A stretch of DNA of 64,000 nt from an uncultured cyanobacterium (lineage in GTDB: Bacteria > Cyanobacteriota > Cyanobacteriia > Cyanobacteriales > CAWUOF01). Below are positions 21,148 to 31,153 of this stretch, in pieces (position 1 is the stretch's first letter; every line of letters starts with the position of its first letter). The position numbers and the translations under genes were made by a program. Where the stretch lies: positions 2,752,001-2,816,000 of the forward strand of contig CAVUSO010000001.1 in NCBI GenBank assembly GCA_963744145.1. The letters run 5' to 3'. Below the pieces are notes generated by a model. That model ran no database searches and was not told the origin of the DNA. It was given only the letters and a program-made list of their open reading frames with translations.

Positions 21148-24100
21148 TTAACTATTGCAATCACTTACTGACGCATTTGGGTCCATTTTGATACCAGTGT
21201 AAGGGCTGATCGCACAACGTAAGCTAGCTATATAAGGATCACTAACTGGCAATTCCGTGTAATACTCACTCCGAGCATTACCAACACTAACTAAACGGTT
21301 AGCAGCAGGACCAGCAGGTACATATTGCAGTGCTACATCGTAACCCCAACGTCGATTGGGTGGATTATAGAAAGCGCTGACTGAACCACTGGAGTTAGAA
21401 CTGTGAACAGCATTACTTTGTGGAGGTGCCCCAGATTCCCAAGCATCTTGGTCGTAAAGACCGGTTGCTGAAGAGCTGAAGTTTAGCTGGATAAAAGAAC
21501 CGGCGATCGCACTAGGTATGCTACTCCAATCTTCAATAAATCGTGGGAAATTGTGCATACCTCCGTAAGTTTGCAAAGGTTGAGAAGGAATGATTCCACT
21601 AACTACCATGGCGTTTACTGAACTGGTAGCTGCTGTCATTAAGTTTTTGCCATCAATAAACTGGTCGTAATTGGTAGTAACATCTATGGGTTTATTGCCA
21701 GTGCTAGCGTTGCTATAGAGCGGATTGCCATTATTACTAATTTTCACTGGAGATGTGGTATCACCGTTAGGATTTTCCCGGACCCAGTCCCCTGAGTTAA
21801 TGCTGTTATCTGTATTGGGTCGGTTTTGGTTGAAATAAGAAGTGTCAATCGAATTGCCATTGCAACCGTATATATTTTGGCGATCAGTTGTATTTACTTG
21901 TCCCCAATGTGTCTTAACAATTCCATCTTCAACACTTCCATCGCAGAAATTAGTAGAAAGCAGTGTAATTCCATCTGCTAGAAGTTCGGTAGTACGCCAA
22001 CTGTCATTATTTGATTTGGCAAAATTAGCATTCAAGGTGCTTCTTGAGTAAAATGCACTGAGGAAACCTGATTGATTATTGGCAGAATCGATCTGGTAAA
22101 GCGTTTCTTGAAACTCTTCAATTGGGGTAGCGCAAGTGTTATGACAGTTTAAATTGCCTTGAATGTAAAGTGTATTATCAGAAACAAATGATAACCCAAA
22201 GGTACTGTTAGGACGTTGCAAATTATCGCCATTTTTAAACCGGAAACCGTAAGGACGACGATCTGGATCTGGGTAAAAGTCAACAGGTTTAGGACTAATA
22301 TTGTTGTCCGCGTTAAGTGGTGGATCTTGTGGATTTTGCGGAGGTCGGGCTATGGTGTAGCAACCTGCAGTGTTGATTGTGGTTACTGTGTTACAACTTG
22401 CCCAACCTGAAGCTGCTGGTCGGGCGATCGAATCTTCCCGTTTAGCATCTTCCCGGAAAGCATACACAATCCCACCATCCATTGGATTGAGGGAACTACT
22501 ATTACCAAGTGCTAGCCAATAATCCCCATTAATTGTGGCATTGGTCTCACCACCTACTGCACCTCGTAATAAGTTTAAATCCATATCCAAAGCCCGCACA
22601 TTGCTCATTTCCCTACCATCAAATAAAGCTGCGTCCTTAAAAGCAGTTCGGATATAGGTAGCTGGTTGTCCTGTCTGAGTATATTTGACTAAACTAGCTC
22701 CACTACAGTTAGGACCTGATGTTGTACCTCCAGGACACAAGGTTCCATCTGGTGCCGCACCAGCACCATAATTTACATAGGGAAGTTTCCATTCACTGAC
22801 ATTGCGTGGACGAATTGCAATTTCTGACACTGAATTTGGATAACTAGTACCTACGACTTGATAGATGTTGCCTGTTGGGTTAGCCGTACTCTTGATGTAA
22901 TTACTATTAGGATCTAATCTGTCCTCAGCCAATGATGATGTAGTGGTTGGAAAAATGTAATGTAGTGCTGGGAATTTTGGTTGTGCATAACAAAGACTTG
23001 TGGCTAGACGGATAAATTTTTTCTCTGTTGGTGCATCTGTAATACCATTGATACCATTGATACCAAAATAGTTGTTTCCTGTACTGCTGTTGCTAAAATC
23101 ACAACCTAAATTTATGGTATCTCCAGTATTATAAGTTACACCACCGTAAGTAAACCCTGAGACGTACTGCACTGGATATTGATATTGATTAGCCGTTGTT
23201 GGCGATGCAGTAAACCCATATTGGCGATCGCGTTTTGCTTGTTCTTTCTCGTGAAGTAATTTTGCTATTTGCTGATTTGGCGTTGATTGGATATTTCCAG
23301 TTGTTCCAGTTGAAAGTGCAGCAATGTAGCTATCTGGGGTTGGTGTAATCGCAGTAGTGCCTACAGGGACTATATTTGTACCACTTGTGTTATAAATTGC
23401 ACCATTAGTTGTATTAACTTCACCATTGGCAGGGTTTCCATCACTTAAAGCTTGCAGAGCAGCATCCAAATTAGTTATCAAAGGTTGGTTAGTAGTTGTA
23501 TCGGTGTAGCTAAACGCTTCCAAATAACTAAGTTGATACGCTAGCATTCCCAAGGATAAGGTAGCAGTATGTAGGTAAGATTTATCCGCAATACTAAGAT
23601 TGGCAGTAGTATTAGTATTGCTGGGATCGTAAGTTTGAACTACATTTTGCACTGGAACTGTATTTTCCAGGTTATATATTGCTCGGCGTAGGTTAGAAAA
23701 ATCTCCCCACATTGCCATTTGGGGGTAGGGATGAATAATTGCACTACCTGCTCCTTCTTGATTAGGTGGAAAAGCACCACCAATCTGAGTTTGAAAGGAA
23801 TAGTCTCCAGCAAAATATGCCAAATTTTTCAGCGCTTTTCTGAGAGAAGAAGTAGGAGTGTTAATCGCGTTAGCATAAGTTCCCTCGTCTTGGGCTCCCA
23901 ATGCTAATGGAGATACATCAAACTCCCAACCATTTGTGCTATTACCGCTTAAAAAGTCAAACGCAATTTCATTACCAGCATCACCAAAAGTAGCGCCAAA
24001 AAGAGTGCTCAAAAACGCGCTGTTAGTTGGATCGACAGTAAATTGGGGACTAAACTGCTGGAATGAGGCACTATTTGTCAGAGTGGTTGCAGTTCCAGGG

Positions 24101-26214
24101 TGAACTGTAGTCGCTAAACCAGCGATCGGGAAATAACCTCCAGCTTGGGGAGTTCCTGCCCCATTGGTTGAATTAGTATAGTGATAAACTGCTGTCGCTT
24201 GTGTGGCGGCTAGATTGTCTCTTAATGCTCGTCGTTGTCTTGCTTCATGACAACGAGCCGGATCTTGACAGGCTCCGAAGGGGACAAGAGGGTCGATCCT
24301 AAAAATCCCATCACTACTGCTAGCTGTTTCACTGCCATCTTTGATTCCGTTGAAGTTGGTATCATCATTTACCCAACCAAAGGTATTACCCAGTTCTAAA
24401 CGCTCCCCAACAATTACCCGCAATCCTTCCCGGACTGCTCTTCTTTCCCAGTATCCATCCAATCCTAAGTCTCGAGGATCGGAACTCAGATTGTCCCCAC
24501 CAGTTCCAGCAGGGTTCATTGTTACTAATTCATGAATATTTGGTGTAATGCTAACTGAGGTAGGAATTGCCATTCCACTTTTGCAGTAACCTCCATTGCA
24601 AGCTGTTGCTAGGGGAGTGATGGTGGGGTTGGAAGCAGTGACGACAGTATTAGCACTATTAGGTAGTTGTAATAGAGTTCCATTTTGTCCGTAGGATGGG
24701 TTAGGACCAAATCGGTTATCGGCTCGATAGGTGTCATCAACAAATGGAGTAACTGATGGAGTAGCTGATGAAGTATTTATCGTATTGACAATCATCCGCT
24801 GATTTGTAGCAAACTGGGTACTAGCCCAATTTGGGTCTCCAGCTTTTCCACCTGCAAAAGCATTATTTCTTAAGGGATAGGGAGTTTGAGCTGTCGTAAA
24901 AAGTGCGATGGGATCTAGTGCTAGATCCCCAGGACCGGTGGGAACGTTTGAACCGCTATCTGCTACAGAATCATTGCCGCTAGCCATATTAATGTTAGTA
25001 ATCGGCTGAGGCTTTTGATAAAGATGGATGGGACTTGGAGTGCTTCCAGCATCAAACTGGTTCTCATCCATCCTTCCACTGAGAATATATCCATAGTCAG
25101 TGGTAATTTGAGAAGAATCAATTGTATATAAGCAAGAAGAAGGGGAACTGATTAAAAATGCTTCAAATGGACCTGAATCTGCCCCCATCATAATACTGCC
25201 TTCGCTGTGCAAAGTACCGTTCCATGCCACATGAGGACCTGGAAATACTTCCAGATCATTACGGAACCAAGCACCCCATTTATTGCCTCGATCGGCTTGT
25301 CTTTCTTGTTGTAGTTCTAGGGTAGTAATCGCATTATTAGCCGTTGGACTAATTACCACCGCATTGATTTGAAAATTTTTGCGGACTGAACCTGTAGTAG
25401 CACTGGGAGGAGCAGACCATCCTTTGGCACTTGCTGCAACTGGAGCTGCGGACTGTTGACAATTCGAGTATGAGCCAGATGGATAAAGTGGACCATTACG
25501 CACTTCCAGACTTTTAGCTCTTTGTTCTACCTTAGTCGCTGTACTATCTGACAGAAGCTGATCCGATGTTTTTACTCCACTAGGATCTGTAGGTACTTCC
25601 CAAACAATAGAGTAAGCAACGGTGATCTTATTAGGACTAGTCGGGTTAGTCGGATCGGGAATCTGATAAGACCAGGCGTTATCTTTGGTCCCATCAGGTG
25701 TCCCGAATGCGCCAGTTCCACTACCACCGATATCTAATCTAGTTTCATCAGGAAGTGTATAAGGATCATTATTAGGATTTCCTGTGATACTAGGATCGTT
25801 GAGGACAGGAATGTTGTTCAGACCGTCATTCCTCATCATCCCAGTTAGGATCGTTTCATCGGGAATCCCGCTCGGACGACGGCGATCGCTTTTGAAGAGA
25901 TATTCCATTTTCGCTTTCGCCCGATCGATCGCTGGTGTAGCTGCGTTATAAATTACTTTTTCTTCCCGTTCACCCATTACCTGGTCAGTACGGTATGCGG
26001 TACGGAACAGCATGGCGGCAACTACTAATGAAACCATTAATAACAGTAACGCAACTGTGGGTAAGACAAACCCTCCTTGTCTTGCCGTAGACATGGAGTT
26101 CATCATAAACATACGCAGAACCCAGCGCACAAGTTTTGCCGTTAGGGTTTGGAAAAGATTTACGATTTCCCGTAACAGTCGTGATAGAGCTTTTTGGAAT
26201 TTGTTTTTAGTCAT
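21148..26214 (-). CDS. hpsA: Hormogonium polysaccharide biosynthesis protein HpsA
   Basis: GFVLPTVALL, PAIDRAKAK, GNKWGAWFRNDLE, DGYWERRA, GGMHNFPRFIE, PPNRRWGYDV. Confidence 0.9.
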   Translation of the reverse strand: MTKNKFQKALSRLLREIVNLFQTLTAKLVRWVLRMFMMNSMSTARQGGFVLPTVALLLLMVSLVVAAMLFRTAYRTDQVMGEREEKVIYNAATPAIDRAKAKMEYLFKSDRRRPSGIPDETILTGMMRNDGLNNIPVLNDPSITGNPNNDPYTLPDETRLDIGGSGTGAFGTPDGTKDNAWSYQIPDPTNPTSPNKITVAYSIVWEVPTDPSGVKTSDQLLSDSTATKVEQRAKSLEVRNGPLYPSGSYSNCQQSAAPVAASAKGWSAPPSATTGSVRKNFQINAVVISPTANNAITTLELQQERQADRGNKWGAWFRNDLEVFPGPHVAWNGTLHSEGSIMMGADSGPFEAFLISSPSSCLYTIDSSQITTDYGYILSGRMDENQFDAGSTPSPIHLYQKPQPITNINMASGNDSVADSGSNVPTGPGDLALDPIALFTTAQTPYPLRNNAFAGGKAGDPNWASTQFATNQRMIVNTINTSSATPSVTPFVDDTYRADNRFGPNPSYGQNGTLLQLPNSANTVVTASNPTITPLATACNGGYCKSGMAIPTSVSITPNIHELVTMNPAGTGGDNLSSDPRDLGLDGYWERRAVREGLRVIVGERLELGNTFGWVNDDTNFNGIKDGSETASSSDGIFRIDPLVPFGACQDPARCHEARQRRALRDNLAATQATAVYHYTNSTNGAGTPQAGGYFPIAGLATTVHPGTATTLTNSASFQQFSPQFTVDPTNSAFLSTLFGATFGDAGNEIAFDFLSGNSTNGWEFDVSPLALGAQDEGTYANAINTPTSSLRKALKNLAYFAGDYSFQTQIGGAFPPNQEGAGSAIIHPYPQMAMWGDFSNLRRAIYNLENTVPVQNVVQTYDPSNTNTTANLSIADKSYLHTATLSLGMLAYQLSYLEAFSYTDTTTNQPLITNLDAALQALSDGNPANGEVNTTNGAIYNTSGTNIVPVGTTAITPTPDSYIAALSTGTTGNIQSTPNQQIAKLLHEKEQAKRDRQYGFTASPTTANQYQYPVQYVSGFTYGGVTYNTGDTINLGCDFSNSSTGNNYFGINGINGITDAPTEKKFIRLATSLCYAQPKFPALHYIFPTTTSSLAEDRLDPNSNYIKSTANPTGNIYQVVGTSYPNSVSEIAIRPRNVSEWKLPYVNYGAGAAPDGTLCPGGTTSGPNCSGASLVKYTQTGQPATYIRTAFKDAALFDGREMSNVRALDMDLNLLRGAVGGETNATINGDYWLALGNSSSLNPMDGGIVYAFREDAKREDSIARPAASGWASCNTVTTINTAGCYTIARPPQNPQDPPLNADNNISPKPVDFYPDPDRRPYGFRFKNGDNLQRPNSTFGLSFVSDNTLYIQGNLNCHNTCATPIEEFQETLYQIDSANNQSGFLSAFYSRSTLNANFAKSNNDSWRTTELLADGITLLSTNFCDGSVEDGIVKTHWGQVNTTDRQNIYGCNGNSIDTSYFNQNRPNTDNSINSGDWVRENPNGDTTSPVKISNNGNPLYSNASTGNKPIDVTTNYDQFIDGKNLMTAATSSVNAMVVSGIIPSQPLQTYGGMHNFPRFIEDWSSIPSAIAGSFIQLNFSSSATGLYDQDAWESGAPPQSNAVHSSNSSGSVSAFYNPPNRRWGYDVALQYVPAGPAANRLVSVGNARSEYYTELPVSDPYIASLRCAISPYTGIKMDPNASVSDCNS

Positions 26215-26583
26215 AAGTAGTCCGTAGACGCCGCAGATAACAACAATAAAAAAAATTAGTGCTAATTCAGTCTTAACTTAGGAGTCTTGACAATGGCAAT
26301 CAGTAAATGCCTCGATTTATCACTGAGATACCTACCTACTGTCTAGCATACCCATTTGTCTCGGCTCAACGATCAGGCCCAGAGAGAAAAAAATTGTTAT
26401 TAGCAAAATTATCAATAATCGGGTAATTTTAATGCTAATATTTGAGAAATATTTTTATTTTCTCAAAATTTATATTTACATATTTAATCTTTCTTAAAAA
26501 TAAATGTTGATAATTGTTGCCGCTAATTTTCTTTGGCTAATATATTTTTAATATTTGTTTAAATTAGACTAACGCCAAAATTG

Positions 26584-26611
26584 GTAGGGGCGGATGGCCA
26601 TCCGCCCCTAC
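26584..26611. repeat. REP-like palindrome downstream of rpmB, may act as terminator
   Basis: GTAGGGGCGGATGGCCATCCGCCCCTAC perfect palindrome. Confidence 0.75.
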
Positions 26612-26618
26612 TGCGTCT

Positions 26619-26855
26619 TTAAAATTTATTTAGATCAATGCCGGCTTCTTTGGCCATTGCTTGTAAGCTTTTATGTTCTAAGGTTTTGATCGCTTTAGTG
26701 GAAAGATGTAATTTGACCCAACGGTTACCTTCGGGCCACCAAATCCGTTTCCATTGTAAATTAGCTTCTTGGACTCGTTTAGTCCGACGGTGAGAGTGAG
26801 AAACAGCAAAAGCGTTATTTGCCTTTTTCCCAGTGAGCTGACATCGACGCGACAT
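26619..26855 (-). CDS. rpmB: 50S ribosomal protein L28
   Basis: [26 protein letters not shown]. Confidence 0.97.
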   Translation of the reverse strand: MSRRCQLTGKKANNAFAVSHSHRRTKRVQEANLQWKRIWWPEGNRWVKLHLSTKAIKTLEHKSLQAMAKEAGIDLNKF

Positions 26856-27075
26856 AGAAAACTCCGAATTTTACTTGGTTCATTTTAAGTGCAATCCACA
26901 ATTATAATTTACTTTGGCGAAATTGACGCATTTTTCTGATTGGTCTGATTCAATAGGACCAGGTGCTAGGATAAAAATCTCACACCTGACACCGATACAA
27001 TAAGATTGTGGGACAGGCATCTTGCCTGTCCGATCAATTCGTCAGTTAAAGTCAATTGTGATTGATCTGTGTTGG

Positions 27076-27440
27076 TTGGGCGGGTTTATGATGTTGATCT
27101 ATTTGTGTCAGAATTAGTTGGTGAACCCGCCCCTACAAATCCTGGTTAATTATGATCATAAATTCATCGACAATACATCTTTTATGATCTGGTTTAATCT
27201 TGAATTTCAGATTTTTTGGTAAATAATCCCAGATCCTGGTTGATCACCTGTAGGGGCGGGTTCACCGATGAATTTGTCACACACAAATAACCCTTGTGCC
27301 GAGCGCTTGCCCTGAGTGTTCCCTGAGTTTACCCTGAGTTTACCCTGAGCGTAGTCGAAGGGGGCGAAGTCGAAGTTTACCCTGAGTTTACCCTGAGCGT
27401 AGTCGAAGGGTAGTCGAGGTATTGATAAACCCGCCCTGCC
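27076..27440. repeat. Two inverted REP-like doublets, the second with nested short repeats
   Basis: GTAGGGGCGGGTTCACC...AAACCCGCCC in both orientations; nested CCCTGAGCGTAGTCGAAGGG x2 and CCCTGAGTTTA tandem units. Confidence 0.75.
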
Positions 27441-27521
27441 CCACAGATTACCTTGATGGACTACCCCCATCTTACCTCACAGACAACACTATATCGACTT
27501 TATAAATCTGGAGTACGCTAT

Positions 27522-28172
27522 ATGGTTAATCTGGCGATCGCGGCAAATATCTTACCAGAACAGAGGGTAATTTTTCACCATATCTCTTGGATTGGTTATG
27601 AACAAATTTTAATTTCACTCAGTGAAAGTCGTTCAGCTCGACTCTACTATGATCAAGGCAAATTAGAAATTATTATGCCCTTAGAAGAACATGAAAGTGC
27701 GACTAGATTAATTGAATTATTTATCCGCATTTTAGTAGTCGAAATTGGTTTAAAAATTAGAACAATGGGTTCAACTACTTTAAAACGTCCTGACTTAGAA
27801 AAAGGTGCTGAACCTGATAATTGTTATTATATTCAAAATCAACCCTTAGTAGTGGGAAAAAAGATTAATCTTAATCAAGATCCTCCACCTGATTTGGTGG
27901 TGGAAGTAGAATTAACCCATAGTGATCTAAATAAATTGAATTTATATGCTCAGATCGGTGTACCGGAATTTTGGCGTTATAATGGTGAAATCTTACGAAT
28001 TTACCAACTTCAGGATGATCAGTATATAGAAGTAGAAAATAGTCCAACTTTTAGGTTATCGATTAAAGAGAGACTTAATCAATTTCTAGCAGAGTGTCAA
28101 ATTGATGAAGTTATAGCTGAGAAATCTTGTCGTGCTTGGATCAAAAAGTTAGTTGAAAGTCGCTCAATCTAA
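27522..28172 (+). CDS. Uma2 family endonuclease (different subfamily from the tandem array)
   Basis: ISWIGYEQ, GSTTLKR, EPDNCYYI, PPPDLVVEVE, GVPEFWRY. Confidence 0.9.
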   Translation: MVNLAIAANILPEQRVIFHHISWIGYEQILISLSESRSARLYYDQGKLEIIMPLEEHESATRLIELFIRILVVEIGLKIRTMGSTTLKRPDLEKGAEPDNCYYIQNQPLVVGKKINLNQDPPPDLVVEVELTHSDLNKLNLYAQIGVPEFWRYNGEILRIYQLQDDQYIEVENSPTFRLSIKERLNQFLAECQIDEVIAEKSCRAWIKKLVESRSI

Positions 28173-28238
28173 CTGGGACGGAGGAACCATCTTAGGGATA
28201 TTTCATGCTCGATTCTCACCGGATCGACCTAACCCCCC

Positions 28239-28426
28239 CTACAGTGTACACAGAAGTTGATATCTACTCCATTTCACAGAAATTTTATTCGACGGAACCT
28301 TGATTTATCGTTCTCCATTATCAATAAGCTATAGCTATTGATAATAAGACAGATTTTTGCAAACGTTGATTTGCAAGGTTTTCAGGACTTGTGTACATGG
28401 TTTTTAGGTTTGTGTGTACACCGTAG
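28239..28426. mobile_element. MITE, probably IS630-like (TA flanks)
   Basis: CTACAGTGTACACA ... TGTGTACACCGTAG terminal inverted repeats, ~188 bp, non-coding. Confidence 0.75.
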
Positions 28427-28493
28427 GGGGAGAGGTATTCTGCTCAAATGAAACAGCCCTGCGATCGATGAGCTAAACATGATCTAACAGGGA

Positions 28494-31116
28494 TTACAAC
28501 CAATTTCCGATTAAGACAAATGGTGCCCAGAAATAGGGATGTTTGTATGCGGGATTTTTTAACAAATCTATTTGAGCTTGACGTAAAGCTTCGGCTTTGC
28601 TCATTTTTAAGCCTGGCTGACTTAAGTTATGATAAAATTTGATCATCAAATCCGCTGTCGATTTGTCACTGACTGACCATAAAGTACCTAAGGTACTACG
28701 TGCTGCCTGATCTTAATGCTAATCCTGCTAGACCTAGTATTGCCCGTTGATCCCCCGCTGCGGTTTGACAAGCACTTAAAACTAATAATTGAATGGGATT
28801 TAGATTTACTTTTCCCTGGGGTAGAAGTAATTCATCGAAATCTTTGACTGCAATTTTTTGATCCCAAGTAAGTAAAAAGGTTTCGGCTGGATTAGAGCTG
28901 AATTGACCGTGGGTAGCTATATGAACTACTGGGAAGGTATTAGTTTCTATTTGAGTTTTAAAAGCAGCACGAGTAAAATTCTCGTCGAGCAGTACATGAG
29001 AATCTATGCTAGCAGCAATTTGTTTGACTTCTTCTGCAACTGCTGGTAAATTAGAAAAACCTTGGCGAGCTTTTGTCAGTCCTACTGCTAATATTTTGAG
29101 TTGATTTCGGTCTAGTCCTTGGGGAAATAGTTGTAAACCTGGACTGAGAGCAATACTATATTTTTCGATTAAATACTTTTCACCATCATAGAGAGCAGCC
29201 ATTGGTAAAGAACGGAAGAAACCATCTAGAACAAACACTAAGGTTTTGATGTTGTGACTAGCTAAGTCTATTTCAGCGGGTCGAATTAGCCAGTCGTAAA
29301 CTTGCTGGGAAAAAAGCTGACTCTTATTATAAAAATAACCTTTATAAAAAGAAGAAGATAAATTGTGCAGAACTACTTCGACTTGCTCTTTAGCTAGTGG
29401 AGTTGTGTAGTGACGAAGGGGTGCATTAGGTAAAGATAAGATTACTTCTAAGCGATCGCTCAGAATAATTGGATAAATTACTGCTGCTTGAGGATCAATA
29501 CTATCAATTTTTTGGGGATGAGTTTTTAAGCAAGCATCGCGGAAAAAGTTGTCTAATTCTGCTAGTTGTAGAGCTTCGATTACTTGACGAGCTTGGATAA
29601 TATGAGCTTGACTAGCATTAGGTTGTAATAGTAAGCTAACCAATTCTCGATAAACTGGTTCTACACTTTCTTTAAAGTTAAATTGAACATCGGAATTAAT
29701 TGCAACTAAGTCATTGCGAAGTAATTGCAAAGTATTAACAGCTTCCGTGTAAGCAGCGATCGCTTGATTTAGCTCTCCTTTTTCCTTAAAAATCCGACCT
29801 AGTTGCCAAGCAGCACGAGCAACTATTGCAGGAGAATTAGTTGTTTGGGCAATTTGTAAAGCAGTCTGAGTCAGATTTTGGGCATTTTCCCATTGCTGAT
29901 TTTGTTCATAAAGTTTTCCCAATTGATTTAATGCTGATGCTGACCCTCTTTGATCTCGGATTTGTCTTGCTTGTGCGATCGCTGTTCCTAATATTTTAGC
30001 AATGTCAGGGATTTGGTGATCAACCAATCCGACCGGTAATTTCATTAAATTTTCAGCTAAATTAACTCTAGCATAAATAGCATAATGAGAAGATGGTAAT
30101 GCCGCTAAATTAGCTTCTATTTGTGGGAGCAATGCGATCGCTAAGTCCCATTTTTTGATTGCTCGCAACAAACTAAGTTGATTGAGTTGAGATTGCAGAC
30201 GGACTAGATTATTTTTGGCTAATTTTGTTGCCTGTTGGTAGTAGGATAAAGCCAGATCATTTTGACCTAAATCTCTAGTAACATTACCAATACTAAATAA
30301 GATTGCACTGTGATCTTTGCTAGGACCAAGACGCTGGCTAATTTCCCAACTTTGTTCTAAGATTTTCTTGGATCTGACTAAATCACCTACAGTTTGCAAA
30401 GCTACACCTAAACTTTGTAAACCATCGACTTTCATAACACTATCAGGTTGAGATTGAAGTTGCTTAAAAAGCTCATCTAAAAGTGATCTTGCTCTGCGAT
30501 ACTGTCCTAAAGATTGCCAAGCTTGGGCTTGATTAATCTGAGTACCTAATTTACCAGTTTCATTACCAGCACGATTATATGTAGCTGTGGCAATTTTCCA
30601 AGTTTCTAAGGCAGTTTCAGGCTGTCCAATTGCTAGTTCAATATTTCCTTGAATATTGAATGCTTGCGCTAAGATTTCCACACCTTGTTGTTCTAATTTA
30701 CTTTGATTTTGTAATAAATTTATACTGGTTTGGATGTTTTTTTTAGCTAAATTCCATTCACCTAAATCTTCGGTTACAGATGCTAGGTAATTTAATGCTT
30801 GTGCTTGGCTGAGAATATCATCTGTTCGGGCATATTCCTGGACTGCTTGTTGCCAGATTTGAGCAGCATCAGCAAAACGTCCTGCTTGATATAGTTGTTG
30901 TCCTTGTGCTAACAATTGATCGGGATCTACTAAGGTTTGAGTAATTAGTAATGGTACTTGATTGAGTGGTTGGGCGATCGCAGGTAATCCAACTGTAATT
31001 ATAACTAATGTTGCAACTGCACCCTGAGCAAAGTCGCAGGGTACGATCGAGACAAGAGTTAGCAAAAAGCCACCCATCGCAGGGAAAAAAGAACTGATTT
31101 TTTTCGGCTTACCCAT
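28494..31116 (-). pseudogene. TPR-CHAT domain protein, frameshifted near the C-terminus
   Basis: HIATHG and LSACQT catalytic motifs; +1 nt near 28706, after which an alternate frame continues ARSTLGTLWSV...HPYFWAPFVLIGNWL* to 28494. Confidence 0.85.
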
Positions 31117-31153
31117 CAATATTTTGCCTAGATAATAAATTTTTATCATAAAT

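Noticed and set aside
27207..27470. 87-aa minus-strand ORF with PFDYAQGK repeats
   Set aside because: Translation of nested palindromic repeats
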